Shown: positions 46,601 through 57,999 of the stretch, one piece after another
Numbering within the stretch: the first letter of the stretch is position 1
How the letters are laid out: the number at the start of each line of letters is the position of its first letter
Assembly (NCBI GenBank): GCA_004431415.1
Contig: QPMI01000626.1
Location: 124,001 to 188,000 of the forward strand
Source: Cyanophora paradoxa CCMP329
Taxonomy: Eukaryota > Plantae > Glaucophyta
DNA length: 64,000 nucleotides
Reading direction: 5' to 3'
The notes under the pieces: model-generated
The model's database searches: none
What the model was told of the DNA's origin: nothing
Seen by the model: the letters and a program-made list of their open reading frames with translations, nothing else
Program-made: the position numbers and the translations under genes

Positions 46601-48230
46601 GCGAGAGCGGGCGCGGGTCCGAGGCGCGCGGCCGGGGCCGATCGGTTCCGCCCCGCCTGTCCCTCCCGGCGCCCGTCGCCCCCGACGGGCGCGTCAGCGT
46701 CAGCCTCAGCCCGCGCGCCGCCGCCGCCGTCGCGCGGGCGGCGCCGCCCCTCGACCACCCGCCGGAGCGCCCCCGCAGCCCAGCGCGCCGCTGCCGCCGC
46801 CCAAGCGGCGCGGCGCGCACGCGCCGACGCCGCTGCCGCCCGAGCCGCCGGACCTCATCTCGAGGGCCGCGCCGCCCTACGCGCCCTTCCCCAACGGGAG
46901 CGCGCTGGGCCCCCACGCGGCGCGCGCTCTGTTGGCCACGGGTCACCACGACGGCTTCCTGGCCCCCGTGGTGCGCCCCGGCGCCCGCCGGGCTCGCGCT
47001 CGGGTCCGGGTACTCTAGCTATAGCCGCTTCTAAGCCTAGCCCCTAAGCTCAGGTCCCAACTATGTGCCCCCTAAGCTTCCAAGCCTAGCCCCTAGCCTA
47101 GACCCCCCTGGTGCGCGTTCTCGCGTCCTTCCCAGCGCCAGCGCCCACCAGATGCACTAGCTCTAGATCTCAGAGGGAGACTGTAGATCTAAATCAAACT
47201 TGCAGATCTAAATCAGACTTGGCTTGCGTGCTTCCAGCCGCCCCGCTCCCCCTCTGAGCTCCTCCGAACGATCAGGAGCCGTAACGTGAACTAAATTTAA
47301 CTTGAATCTTTTAATTCAACGATCAGGCTTCCCAGCCTCTAAGCCTGGCTTCCCGAGCCTTCCAAGCTTCTGAGCCTAGAACCAAATTTCAGATCGCGAT
47401 TCTGTGCCTTGTCTGAGCCCGGTCTGAGCCGGCTCCCCCCCCCCCTCTTCAGGTCTTCGAGTTCGGGGTGCTCGGTCGCTTCCAGTTCAAGGGCATCAAG
47501 GTCCCCGAGGAGGTGCGGCTGTACCCCCCTGGGCCTCTGCTCCCCCCCTTCTCCCCGCTCCGGCACCTCTTGCTCGTGCTCCTCTTTCTCCGGCACCCCC
47601 CGCCTTCCCCGCCTAGGCCTCGCCTGGCTCCAGGCGCTGGCTCGACCCGTAGATCCTGTCTCGACTCCAGGCGCTGGAGGATCTCACCCTCCCGGCTGGC
47701 GGGCCCCTGACTTGGGCTTGGGCTTCGTTCGCATACGAAGGCCTAGGCGCTAGCTCCAGGCCCCGTCTAGGCCCCGTCTAGGCCGTCCAGGCTCTAGGCG
47801 CTAGCTCGACCTGGCTCCCCTCGTAGATCTCACCTGACTCCGCCTCCGGCTTCGTTCGCAGCTGGTGCAGATCAATTTGCCGGCGCACCACGGCCGCCTC
47901 TTCCCCAAGCGCGTCCGACCCCTTCCTTCCCCCTCAACTTGAACGTAATTTGACTTGATAGTAGCATTAAAGACAGTAAAGCACTTATAGCACATATACA
48001 TCGAATAATAATCCACCTACTCGCCTGGATAACTTGTCCTCTTCACTCAACTTGAGTTGCGCAGGTCCGACCTCCTCATCTCGACCCCCTCCGCGTCCGC
48101 CTCGGAGAGAGCCGGGGGCTCGCGCCGGCCCTCGGTCTTCAACGGCGCCGGCGCCGGCGGGGGCGGGTTGGGGGCGGGCCCGGGGGCGCGCCGCGGCTCG
48201 CTGTCCCTTCCTGTCGTGCGCGAGGCGTGA
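40632..48230 (+). CDS. Class III nucleotidyl (adenylyl-type) cyclase, multi-exon, with a large low-complexity insert in the catalytic domain
   Basis: GEIALAF/ADVQSSTALWE, GYEVKVEGDSMFA, LLEVDWP, GLRLRMGVHRG, DYFGPAVNKAARVA and GGQIVMS at 40960-41990; then VLGRFQFKGIKVPEE (47453-47512) and LVQINLPAHHGRLFP (47862-47910). The domain call is firm; the single-gene span is inferred. Confidence 0.75.
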
Positions 48231-49188
48231 TTGATCGATCGTGGGGCTCGAGGTCCGAGGCCGGACTCGCCGATCGCGAGTCGGGGGTCGCTTCGCTTTG
48301 GATGGCCCTCCCAAATCGCCGGCGGCGGCGGCGCCGGCGATATGCATGTATGTGTGCCGGCTGCGCGCTGAGTAGCATAGTAGCGGACCTTTCGTACATA
48401 TTTCTGCTCAGCGGCTGTTCTAGACCGTTCATGTGATCATACATCGATATATCACATAGTATATCGGGACCTTTCATTGCTTTCTCTGTACATGTGTGTC
48501 ATTTTTCCGAAGTTCTGCGTGGGCGGCTATACAGCTAGCGCTTGTAGCGTAAGGGAGGTAGCTTACGAATTATATATGAACGTGGAAATCATATCCAGAA
48601 GCCTAAGTGGCCATGGCTTACTAAGTTAGTTCTGCATCGCCTGGCTGCAGATGGTACCTAGTACAACTACTAGTATTGGTTGTGCGTCTAGATCTCTCCG
48701 TAATACTGTATACGTAGTAACTCGTACGCGTCTCTCACTGAATCAGAGTCGACGTCTATCTGAGAGTATACTTATTCGTAACTGTATTGACTCTAGATCG
48801 TCTCTCTGCGTCCCCGTCGTCGTAACTACGTCAGTGCCCGCGCCGGCGCCCGTCCTAGCTATAGATAGGCCCCTTCAAGCTGTGTGGCCCGCGGCTTGAT
48901 CGATATCGAGCGAGGAAGGCTAGATCTTGGGCCACCTTTCAGCAATATAATACCTCCTATCTGCGCTGGACGTATGCGAACATATTCAAAAGAAGAAAGC
49001 GGCGGGGGCCCGAGTCAACGTGGCAGGGGCTCGATCAATCAATGACTAGTCTGCGTGAAGACCTGGCCTAAGCCCTTCACAGCCGTGGCCGGCCAAGCAC
49101 AGGCCTCCCAGCTGCAGCTCTAGGGCCCAACCTGGCAAGCTGCGCATGCAGACGCGCAATGCAGAACGCAGTCTCCTCCTCCTGAATC

Positions 49189-50692
49189 TCAGTCGTACAT
49201 GTCGGGGAAGCGCTTGCGCATGCTCTCGTCGACCACTTGCTCCACCTGGGGAGGGCTCGAAGAAGGGGGGGGGGGGGGGGGGGGGGGGGAAGAGGGGGTA
49301 CCTTGGACCAGTTCTCTGCGAACTCTTTGCTCCCTGCGGCGCGCGAGAATCTGAGGTCAGGAGCATGGAGGCGGGGGGGGGAGGGGGGGGGAGGCGTAGG
49401 CGGAGGAAGGGGGGTAGGGGATGGAGGGGAAGCGGGCGAGAAGAGGAAGAGGAGCCGGCATTTAGGGAGCGAGGGGAAAGGGGGGAGGGAGGAGGGGAGG
49501 ATCGGGAAGCTGTTCAGGGTGCACAGCGGGGTACGGCGCACCCAGGAGGGAGCCAGGCACGCTCTCGTTCCAGGAGGAGCTGATCACCGAGTACCTGTAC
49601 CCCCTCGCCTCAGAAACGACGTACCCGGGGACCGAGCGGGGGCACGCGGACATGGCTGCGAAGGGTACGACGAGGAAGCAGAGACCGGAGCTGAGAAAGA
49701 TCATCCAGAGGGGGGGCGGGGCCTCTTGCTGAGGGGGGTAGAGGGCGCGCTGAGCCGAAAGGCGGAGGCAAGGGGGTATAGTGCACACCTGAAGGAGGGT
49801 GATGGGGAGGAGGACGCCGGAGAGAGCCGGTAGCCCCGCGAACAGGGCAAAGCGGCCTGAGGGGGGCAGGAGCGCTTCAGAGAAAGTGGGCCCGCGGGGA
49901 GTCGAACCCGGTACCGATGATGCGGTCCTTGATCGCGTCCGGAAACTTCTCTAGAGACGCGTCGAGGTACTGGTCAAGCTCCTCCATCTGAGGCGCCGCT
50001 TAGCCAGCGGGCGGCGGGGGCGCCGACGACCGGGCCGAGCCAGGCGGGAGCGGGGCCGCACCTCCTTCGCCTCATCGTCGACGACATCAAACGGAATGCC
50101 CTGCGGCGAGCTCGGCGCGTCGGCGGCGGCGGGCGGCGGCGGCAGGCGAGAGCGGCAGCGCCACGCACCATCCTCGCAGCCTTCTCAGCCGGGGTCTCGA
50201 TGCCCCTCTCCGTGCGCTCCAGCTACGAGCGGAGATAAGAAGGAGCGCACGCGAATCGCAGGCGGGGGCGGCGGGCACCTCGTTCCCCGAGAGGTCCGCC
50301 ATCCGTCGCCTGCGCCGGCGTCGACGTCGAGGGGTCAGGCGGCCGACGGGCGGCCAGAGGCGACGCAGGGGCCTCACACAAGGTCGAGAAAGAGGTCCTC
50401 CGTCTTCGTCGTCTTTGGCCGAGCGGCCGGGGCCGCCGGCTCGCGAGGCTCTGCGAAAGAGCGGCGCGCGGTCGCTTGCCGGGGCGGGCCGGCGTCGAAG
50501 ACTCAGGCAGAGCGGACCGGGCGCGTCGCCGGCCTGTATGCTGAAGCTAATCCGAGCGACGCGGCGCTGGCTTGCGGGCACGGCCCTCCTCAGCGTCGTG
50601 GGCGGGCAAAGGGCGGTGCGGCAGCCGATTGAGCTGTGCGCGTTTCCGAAGCTCCTCCTCGACGCCAGGGGCGTCGTGACGGCGAAGGCCAT
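49189..50692 (-). CDS. PAM68: PAM68-family (DUF3464) photosystem II assembly protein with N-terminal plastid transit peptide, multi-exon
   Basis: Spliced reading: FPDAIKDRIIGRFALFAGLPALSGVLLP...PPLWMIFLSSGLCFL...YSVISSSWNESVPGSLLGSKEFAENWSKV...FPDMYD*. This matches the PAM68 pattern (two TM helices, SYGVLSASWD..GSLLG..EF..NW). N-terminus MAFAVTTPLASRRS is Ser/Arg-rich. Confidence 0.85.
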
Positions 50693-51302
50693 GCGGCTGG
50701 CCGGATTAAAGGATGTACCCCCAGCTTGCGATGCTGAGGATGCTCGGATGCCGGCAGCTTACAGCTGTGTCATCAGGCTCCTCAGCCCGCTAAGCGGCTG
50801 CTAGAGCTTGGGAGCAGAGCGCTTCTGCCGCATCTTTTGGCGTCGGCGCCATTTGCATGGCTCACTTCGCTCCCCACTGAGCGGCACCTGTACCCGGACA
50901 CAGCGGAGCCGGGAGCCGGGAGCGCTAGGGCGAAGCTCCACAATACTCCTTAGTTTGAGCTTTAGAACATAGTCAAGCTGCCTCAAGCACCGTACGAGGC
51001 ATCCGCAAGCTGGCCAACGACGCAGACGCACGCTCTTGAGGTCCTCAAGAGCAGGAGCCCCGCCGGTGAGCGTGACAACGCTGCTTCAATCGTGCACACC
51101 GCTTAAGTCTTCACACTGCGGTCGAGGCTCCTCCGTCCTTTCACGGTCCGCGGCCCTCGCTACCTCCCGCTTCTCCTGTCACACGGCCCGCGACGCAGCG
51201 CGCGCGACGGCGGCCGCAGCGCTTCTGGCTGCGCATGCGGCTCATCGGCGCGGACGGCCCGCTTGTGGAGGTTGAGCGGGGCGGCTGGACCTAGGCCTGC
51301 CC

Positions 51303-54300
51303 GTGAGGGTCCGCAAGGCGAAGCACGCCAACGGCGGCAAGGCCGACGCGGATCTTATCGAAGCGTCGTCTGCGGGATCGCCTCTGGACTATGAGCTTCC
51401 CGCCGCCTTCCCCCAAGTTCCAGACGCCGATTCTCCCTCGGCCCTCAAAACCATTGAGGAAGACGCCAGCCCCATCCCCGGCGCCGCCAATCGCACCAGA
51501 GCCTCCACAGCCGTTGAGGATGCCACCGCCCGCCCCGCTCCCGCCGCCGGCAGTCAGCTGCGAACCCCAGCAGCGGCGCAAGCGGTCGCCCTCGCTTGCG
51601 GAGCCAGAAGCAGAGAGGCGGGAGCTGCCGTGGCGGGGCGGTCGCAGCGCGCTGGGGGAAGACGTGGATGCCCTGGGGGACGACTTTTCTCGCCTCGCCG
51701 TCGCGGTCGCTGCAGCGGTACCCTCCCGCCGACCCGCGTCGGCCGCCGAGGCCAGTCGAGCCGCACCGGCCGCCTGCCGGCAGCGCTCACTCTCGCAATG
51801 GCTTCGTGTACGGTGCACCGCGTACCCCCTCCCCCCCCCCCCAAGCACCCGCCCCGGGCGCCTGACTTGAGCTCCTTCCCGGCGCAGAGTTCGCGCAGCA
51901 GTCAGACAACTATTCGGGCACCTTCGAGCGGATCGTGAGCCGCGCCCTCGGGGGTCCCTTCGCCGAGGCTCTGCCCCCGGTCCGTCCGCGCTGGCGCCTT
52001 GCCGTCGCCGCTGCCGCTCCGCGCGCTGAATCGGCGTACCCCCTCCCCCTTTCCCCCCCTGCAGAACAAAGTGGATGCTTCGGAGTCGCCGGACTCCCTG
52101 CCCCTCGCCCTCCCGTGCGCACCCCGGCGCGCCCGAGGGGCGCCGGCCCGTCTCCTCCATGCGTATACCAACTCGGCGCCTGACGCAGGCCGCGCATCGG
52201 CCTCATCCCGGACGCCTTTCGGTTCCTCGACCTGCGCGGCCGGTGCGCCCGGCGCCGCCGCCTCAGCGCCCGCCCGCTCCCGCCCTCGACCTCTGCCTCC
52301 ACGCGCAGGGTCCTGCTCCCGCCTCGACCGGCACCGGTGCTCGAGGGCGGTGCGGGCGGCCGGGACCCCCTGCTCCTGGAGCCCTCCTCGGCGTTCCCGG
52401 CCACCCTTTCCCCGCGCCAGGCCGAGGCGTTCGAGGCGTACCTTTTGGAGGTGCGCCCGCCCTCTCGCTCCGCTCGCTTGCGCGTACGGTTGGGAGCGAC
52501 TGGGGGGGCAGGTACACGCGGCGGTCGGTGACGGCAGCCCCGGCGCCTGCGAGCGGCTGCAGGAGGCGCTGTGCGCGGCCGCGGGGCGCCGCCTTTGCGC
52601 GGGCGCGCTGAGCGGCCGCGCAGGTGCGACACCCGAGTGCTGGCGACGGGCCTTGTGCAGGACGAGATCGGGGGCTACAGGGCGCACCGCATGCTGCAGA
52701 CGCTGCGTGCGGCGCGGTGCTCGGACGCCGGCCCGCACGCCGTCGCATCCTTCTTCGTCGAATGCGTCTCCTCGTGGTCCGTGCCGGGCCGCGCGCTAGC
52801 TACAGCCGCCAGCCCGTCCGCCTAGCCCCATGGCTGACCCGCTCGCCGCGCAGCTCCCCGGAGGCTCTAAACGAGTGCGGTTTCCCGCGCCGCGCCGCCG
52901 CGCCGCCGCGTCGCACGCGCACGCGCGCGCCGACGGGCGGGGCGCAGGGAGCAGCTCTGCGCGGCGGTGGAGCAGTGCGTGGCCCTCCTGGAGTTCGGAA
53001 CGGTTCGCCCGAGCCGGACAGCGCGCTAGTGTGCGTCCTTGCGCACTCAGACCGCCCTCCCTCCCCGAAAGGCGCTGGTTTCCTCGACGCCAGACCTCTG
53101 GCTGCTGGACCTCCACGGCGTCGAAGCGGTGGCGCACGCCATGCTCCAGTGCTCCCAGCGGCTCCAGGCGAGCACCGTACCCCCGTACCCCGAGCCTGGT
53201 CTGGTCCCTCGGCGGAGCGTTCTGACGCGGCGGGGGGAGCGCAGGACCCCGAGCTCCATGCTCGCGCCCTCGTCGCGAGTGCGGGCGCCAAGGCGGGGGT
53301 ACGGGACCCCCTAGACGAGACCCCCCTCCAACTGCTGCTCGAGGCGTACGCCGCGCCCGGACCCCCCCCCCCCCCCCCCCTCCCCGTCCTTCTGCTCAAA
53401 GCGCCCGCCGGCGCAGGCGGAGCATCCTGCGGCGGCACGGCCTGGTCCCCTCGCGGCTCGAGTGCGAGGCCCTTCGACTGCTCATGAACCTTCTCAGCGC
53501 AATGCGCGCAGTCCGTACCCCCCTACCCCCCCCCCCCCCAACCCCCACCCCTTCCCGCGAGAATTGACGCCGGTCGCGCTGCACCGCACCGCAGGAGCGA
53601 GCTGCTGAAGCCCGGCCACGACGAGGAGGGCCCGGCCGGGCGGGAGAGGGCCGAGCGGCTGGCCAGGTGCTCTCAGCTGATGGACGAGGCGTCGGCGTCC
53701 GTGTACTGGTTCGCGGAGGGCGAGGGCGAGTCTCCCAGGGGCACCCTCCAACGGCTCTTCATCACCCATATCCTCGCGCCGTGCGCCTTCGCAAGTCTCT
53801 TTCTTTATTGAGCTCTCTTAAAAGAACCAAGCTATAAGCTGGATAAGATGCTGTCTCTTCTTCTCGATGCTGAATTGGCTCCGCACGCTCCGCCCCGGCA
53901 GGCCCTCAAGTACGTGCGGCACCTGGCGGAGGACGATCTGCGGCGGCGGGAGCTCTGGGCGGTCCCCACCTCGGACTACCTCAACACCGGTCGCTCCTTC
54001 TGGCTCCTCCTCGACCCCGCCGCCCTCTGCCGCATGCTCAAGCTCCTCGCTGTCGTCTTCAAGGCGCGCGCCGGCCTCGCCCGCCCCTTCGCCTCCCCGA
54101 GCTCACGCGGCGGGGCGTGGGGGGTACAGGTGCTGGGCATGTACCGGGAGACGCCGCAGGGCGCCCACCTGTGCGCCTCCCTGAGGAGGCGGCGTACCCC
54201 CTTCGGCGCGCTCACCTGAGCGCAGGAACTTCGCCCTGGGGGACGTCCTCGCCGTCTCGGGGCGCCACGCGGAGGCCGCCGCGGCGTACGAGGAGTGCAT

Positions 54301-54483
54301 CCAGGCGCGCCGCCGCCCCCCGCCCCGCCCCGCTGCCCCCTGACGCGGCGCCTGGCGCAGCTGTACGCGGCGTTCGACGAGTACTTCCCGCCCGACTCGC
54401 GGCGTGTAGTGGCCGCCCGCCGCGCCCTCGACGCCAGCCGCGCCGCCGCCCTTGCAGCCGCGCGCAGCCCGTGCTCGGCATGA
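51303..54483 (+). CDS. Multi-exon hypothetical protein with a C-terminal TPR-like repeat (start approximate)
   Basis: Helical exons (ALKYVRHLAEDDLRRRELW; LDPAALCRMLKLLAVVFK) and the TPR-like FALGDVLAVSGRHAEAAAAYEECIQL; stop TGA at 54481-54483. Confidence 0.6.
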
Positions 54484-55680
54484 ACGCCGAGCTTGCTGCA
54501 GTGACACCGTATAGTATGCTATGATGCATGCATTCTAGCTATAGATATGAACAATACGCATATGTGCATATGAGAAATATCGAAGAGCGCATCGCTCGCG
54601 ATCTCTCTCCTCGAGCTCAGCTTAAGAGCGGCACGGCCAAGTCTAATAGCTATATAGCTATAGACGTCGAAAGAAAGACGAATTCGAACAAGCGAGTCCC
54701 TGCGGAGCAGGAGTGGCCTTGGGTCTCGGGGATTCAAGGCGGGAGGGTGGCAGCTCTTTGTTTTTAAACGGGGGCCCGCAACCGCGCGCGGTTACGGGGG
54801 AGGGGGGAGGAGAAATAGGGGGTCCACTCGGCAAGGGTACACACTCAAGTGAGCCTCCGGAGAGGGTACAGAATTGTGCTGCAAGGGTACAGATATCGAT
54901 GCGGGGCCCAATCGGCCGCAGTTGTACCGAGCACAGGCCCCGAGGGGCCCATATGAATTGGTCGTTTCCGCAGTTCTATGAATCATTCGAATGTAATTCG
55001 CAGTAATAAGGCTCTGACTTAATTGGTTAATTTAGTTTTTTTTCAACTAACGCATCAAGTATATTTAAATCCCACCTCGTGGCACACCACGACCCTGACT
55101 CATACAAATTTGCTGGCCGGCCACGTGGCGCTATGTTAATTTGGAAACTATTTCCTAGCGAATGGGGGGCGGTCTCTTGAAATTAATAATTTTCGAATTC
55201 AATGATTTCGACTTGGAGGACCAATGTGATTTGCGCTTTCAATTTTTTTTCCGGGGAAATGCTTTTCTGTGCTTTTCAACGTGCTGTTACTGCCCATTAG
55301 AGGCCTCTCATAGGAAAACGGGCCGGACCATCGTGCTGTAAAATGGGGTAATAGGTGTCTTCAAATATACGAATTTCGCTTTTTGAAATTTGTGACAAGA
55401 TACCAACAGACCTAAGGGCCTCTCCTTTCCACAAGGCCGAATTCCGATCCCGCCCGTTCCACATAATTCCGATCGATCATGCCCCACCTTGCCTGTATAC
55501 GCCCCCACAGTGCTGGAGTAGACTAGAGGCTGTGGCCGGTAATTCACCAAAAAAAAAAACACAAGGCCGAATTAAAGAATTCGAAGCTGAAGCGCAGCTG
55601 CGCCGAAAAAAGGCGGCGGGGGTACGTCTGAAGAAAGATTGACGGTGGTCTACACGCGCCCTGCATGCGCAGCTGCCAGC

Positions 55681-57569
55681 ATGGCGACAGCCGCGGCGCC
55701 CCCGCCGATCGATATGGTGCCCGCGGCTGCGAGCAGCCAGCACGCAGCGGCCGCGCCGGGCCCTACGCTGGCCGACATGCTTGTCGACGCGAACGACGTC
55801 GCCTCCGTGACGCGTGCCATTGCGGCCTGCTTCCCGGGCTCGAGCTGGACCGAGCCGTCGGGCGAGGTCCACACGGAGGTCGTCAGTGGCGGCATCACCA
55901 ACGCGCGTGCGCTCCTGCGCCGCAGAGAGCTCAAACCGCGCCGGCTCACCGCGCGCGGCCGGCAGTCTACAAGGTGCGGATGGCGCAGGAAGGGGCCCTC
56001 ATGGCGACGGTTTCCCCGGGGCGGCGCCTCGCGCCGGCGCCGCCGACGGTGCTTGTCCGCGTCTTCGGAGCGAACACGGAGGTCCTCATCGACCGCGCGA
56101 AGGAGCTCGAGGTCCTGCTCTCGCTCTCGCGGCGGAATCTGATCCCGCGCGTCTACGGAGCGTTCCGCAATGGGCGCCTTGAGGAGTACGTTCCGTACCG
56201 CTCTTTGAGGCCCGAAGGTGCGCACGAATCTTGAAAGCGCCTAGAGCCTCAGCGGGCGGCGCTGCGGCGCCTCCGCCGGCTCCGCCGCCGCCGCCGGCGC
56301 CGCCGCCGCTTTCGACGCCGACGCCGACGACGACGCCGGCGCCGCAGAGATGGCCGACCCGGCGCTGGCGCCGCTCATCGCGCGGAGCCTCGCGCGGCTG
56401 CACAGGACCGACGTGCCGCTCCCCGCTGGGGATGCCCTCTGGTCTACGATCCAGCGATGGCTTGAGATAGGTGCCCGCCGCATCCGATCCCCCGCGCCGC
56501 CCGGCGGCCCGCCCCGCGAACACCGCCCGGCCCTCCGGCCATCCGGCCCGACCGGCGCGCGCAGCGCGCGGCTGCGAGTTCGTGCGGGACGACCAGCGCG
56601 CAGCGCTCGCCGCGGTCGACCTGCCCGCCGTCGCGCGCGAGGTCTGAAGAACCCGTACCCCCTTTTGAAATTGGGCCGCCCGCGATTCGAACCCGCGATT
56701 CAGGTGGCGGACCTCCGGGCGAAGCTGGCGGCTGTACCCTCCCCCCTCGTCTTCGCCCACTGCGATCTTCTCTCCGGCAACATACTCCTCCACGACGGGA
56801 CCAGTGCGTACCCCCTGTAACGGGATACTGACGTACCCCTCACCCGCTTCGTGCCGTACCCCCCAGAGCACATGTACATCATCGACTACGAGTACGGTAT
56901 GCGCGCCCCGCGCGGATTCGACATCGGCAACCATTTCCAGGTCGGTCCCGCGCTGGCCTAACCCCCCCCCCCCCTCCCGAGAGCCGCCTCCCTTTGCCTT
57001 ACCCCCCACTGCCTCCCAGGAGTACGCAGGGTTCGAGTGCGATTACTTGAGGTACCCCGACCGGGAGGCCCAGTACCGGTTCTTCAGGTGCGGCCCTACC
57101 CCGTACCCGCCTCCTCCCCCCCCCTCCTCCTCCCTCACTTCGCCCCGCAGACCGTACCTACTCGAAGCCACGGGTACGTTAGTCTCCCCTGCCTTCAAAC
57201 CCTCTCCTTCTCACCCCAGGCAGGGCGGGAAGCCACAGAAGCGGAGCTGGATCAAATGTACACGGAAGTCACCCGCTGGGGCCTCCTCGCGCACGTGTAC
57301 TGGGGGGTATGGGCCGTCGTGCAGGTGCCCCGTACCCCCCTCTACCTCCCCCGCTCTCTTCCTAGGAGCCCAAATCAACCTGTACCCCCAGGCGCGGCAC
57401 TCGGCGATCGACTTCGATTACCTCTCCTACGCGAAGCTCCGTCTGGACGAGGCGAGTACCCCGTACCCCTCCGGGCGTTCCCGTACCCGCCCGCCCGTCC
57501 TGATTGGCCTGTACCCCTCATCCGCAGTACCGGCGGCAGAAGGCGCTCTTCCTGTCACCTGAGCTTTAA
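55681..57569 (+). CDS. Ethanolamine/choline kinase family protein, about 11 exons
   Basis: SGGITNALYK, VLVRVFGANTEVLIDRAKE, YGAFRNG, IARSLARLH, Brenner motif FAHCDLLSGNIL, IIDYEYG...FDIGNHF, EYAGFEC, HVYWGVWAVVQARHSAIDFDYLSYAKLR; stop TAA at 57567-57569. Confidence 0.95.
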
Positions 57570-57999
57570 TTCAATTTAAACCAAGGGCGGCTGACATTAA
57601 AGCCTAGCTTGGAGGCCCTCGCGATCGCGGTCGGGGGTATTCATTCTTGCAGTTTGTGGAAGTGAGCTTCGGTTTTACGTAGTGTTCAGGGTCCGGAGGG
57701 GCTGCTTGCCCCCGCCCGCTGTAGCGTTCCCATTAATATTTCTTACGTCTCCAACTCCCCCTTTCCGGATCCTCCCCCCTCCCCCCCTTGCCTTCGTCAC
57801 GCACACGAATGATCATCGGATCATGATCGCCCAGCGGCTCAAATGAGTGGACGGACACTTTGATATAATGATAGTACTTCTATCTTAGTATAATCGATAG
57901 AATGATAGTACGTATACATGTTAGTATCTTCTCAAACTATCATGACACATAGATCTTCTCAAAGTCTCATGAAACGTCTAAGTTAAGATACTGCCCTCC

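Noticed and set aside
47801-48477. Minus-strand ORFs MDYYSMYMCYKC... and MKGPDILCDISMY...
   Set aside because: They fall in a probable intron and the 3' region of the cyclase gene and show no recognisable domain.
54700-55620. AT-rich intergenic stretch as a MITE or ncRNA
   Set aside because: No terminal inverted repeats, TSD or recognisable RNA fold was found; treated as terminator/promoter DNA.
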